Below are positions 63,001 through 64,000 of a stretch of 64,000 nt of DNA, piece by piece. The stretch's first letter is position 1. Every line of letters begins with the position of its first letter. A program made the translations under genes and the position numbers. A model generated the notes under the pieces. The model searched no databases and had not been told where the DNA came from. It saw only the letters and a list, made by a program, of their open reading frames with translations. This DNA comes from Octopus bimaculoides (taxonomy: Eukaryota). Where the stretch lies: positions 83,195,133 through 83,259,132 of the forward strand of contig NC_068981.1 of the NCBI RefSeq assembly GCF_001194135.2. The letters run 5' to 3'.

Positions 63001-63871
63001 ACTGATGACCAAAATATAGCGCATGTACCAAGTGCGCTGCATTGAATAATTAGATATACTCCATGACGCATTCAGTCGTAATTGTCCCAATAACATTTTT
63101 GTTATTTGTTTAATCCTGAAGTGGCAGTTTGCAATTGATAATTGTATTCTACAGAATTCTCCTATGTTCGTACTTTGTGATACTAGTATCCTTGTAGTTT
63201 ATGTTTTGAAAATTTAGCTTTGTTATTACTTTCTCCATCCCCCCAAAAAAAATATGAAGAGAAAAGACAGAATGCGATGGTTAATTCAAGGAACAGTGAC
63301 AAAATAAGATCTTATTTATTCAGGATAATTGTTGATTGTTAGCTAAATTTCTTTCTCTCTTAATACAAGAAATGATCTTCATATACTCTGAAAAATACAT
63401 CAGACTAAAACAGAATGAAAACTGAAGCTGGTGTTTGGGATTAAGTTACGAAAAGTTTACGTGTTTAAAAACATATAGCGAAAAAGAGAAATTATATGTT
63501 GAGAGTTGTGAAAGTTCGTTGCTGAAAGTAGCGTCCTATGAAAATATTTATTTTTAACCAAGAAGAAAAGGAAAAACATAACGTAACACTTTCTCTGATA
63601 GAGAATAAATTATAACGCCTTGTTTTCAAATGTATGTTAGATTTTTTGGTATAAAAATATCGAAAATATGTTGTGGAGAGGAAATTGCTGTCAAAGCAAA
63701 TAATTACGAGAGGCAGTAGAAAAAAAACCCTCACGAAAAGCTTCGTCCGGTAATTGTACTTCATTTTCTTTAGCTTTCGATCAGTCTGTCCACACACACG
63801 CGCGCGCGCACACACACACATACACACACAAACAAACACACTCACACACACATTCACACACACACACACAC

Positions 63872-63919
<48 letters not shown>

Positions 63920-64000
63920 ACACACTCACACACATAGAAATTACTTCAGAATTGTTAAGAGAAATTTATAGTCTTTAAAGGTTTTGTTTATGCTGAAATG

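Overview
AT-rich, microsatellite-dense animal genomic DNA with 19 N-gaps (roughly 8 kb). The SINE families and repeat landscape point to a cephalopod, probably Octopus (inference). I cannot support any intact host protein-coding exon; nearly all tracked ORFs are microsatellite or N-gap artefacts. The window is mostly a nested mobile-element landscape. It holds four tRNA-headed SINE families (here A-D), 3' fragments of CR1-like, R4/Dong-like and Tx1/L1-like LINEs, and a decayed Penelope-like RT/GIY-YIG element followed by a hammerhead-ribozyme-like motif. It also holds mariner transposase remnants, mariner, Tc1, piggyBac-like and Merlin-like MITEs, and several long foldback elements. A possible promoter and non-coding first exon lies near 59 kb. 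The most notable observation is a 286-bp Tx1-like LINE end that shares its 3' tail with a SINE-B subtype (B2). Both B2 copies sit at the same nucleotide of older SINE-B heads, and the LINE piece itself sits in the tRNA head of a SINE-A. Together these suggest a LINE/SINE pair that targets other SINEs.
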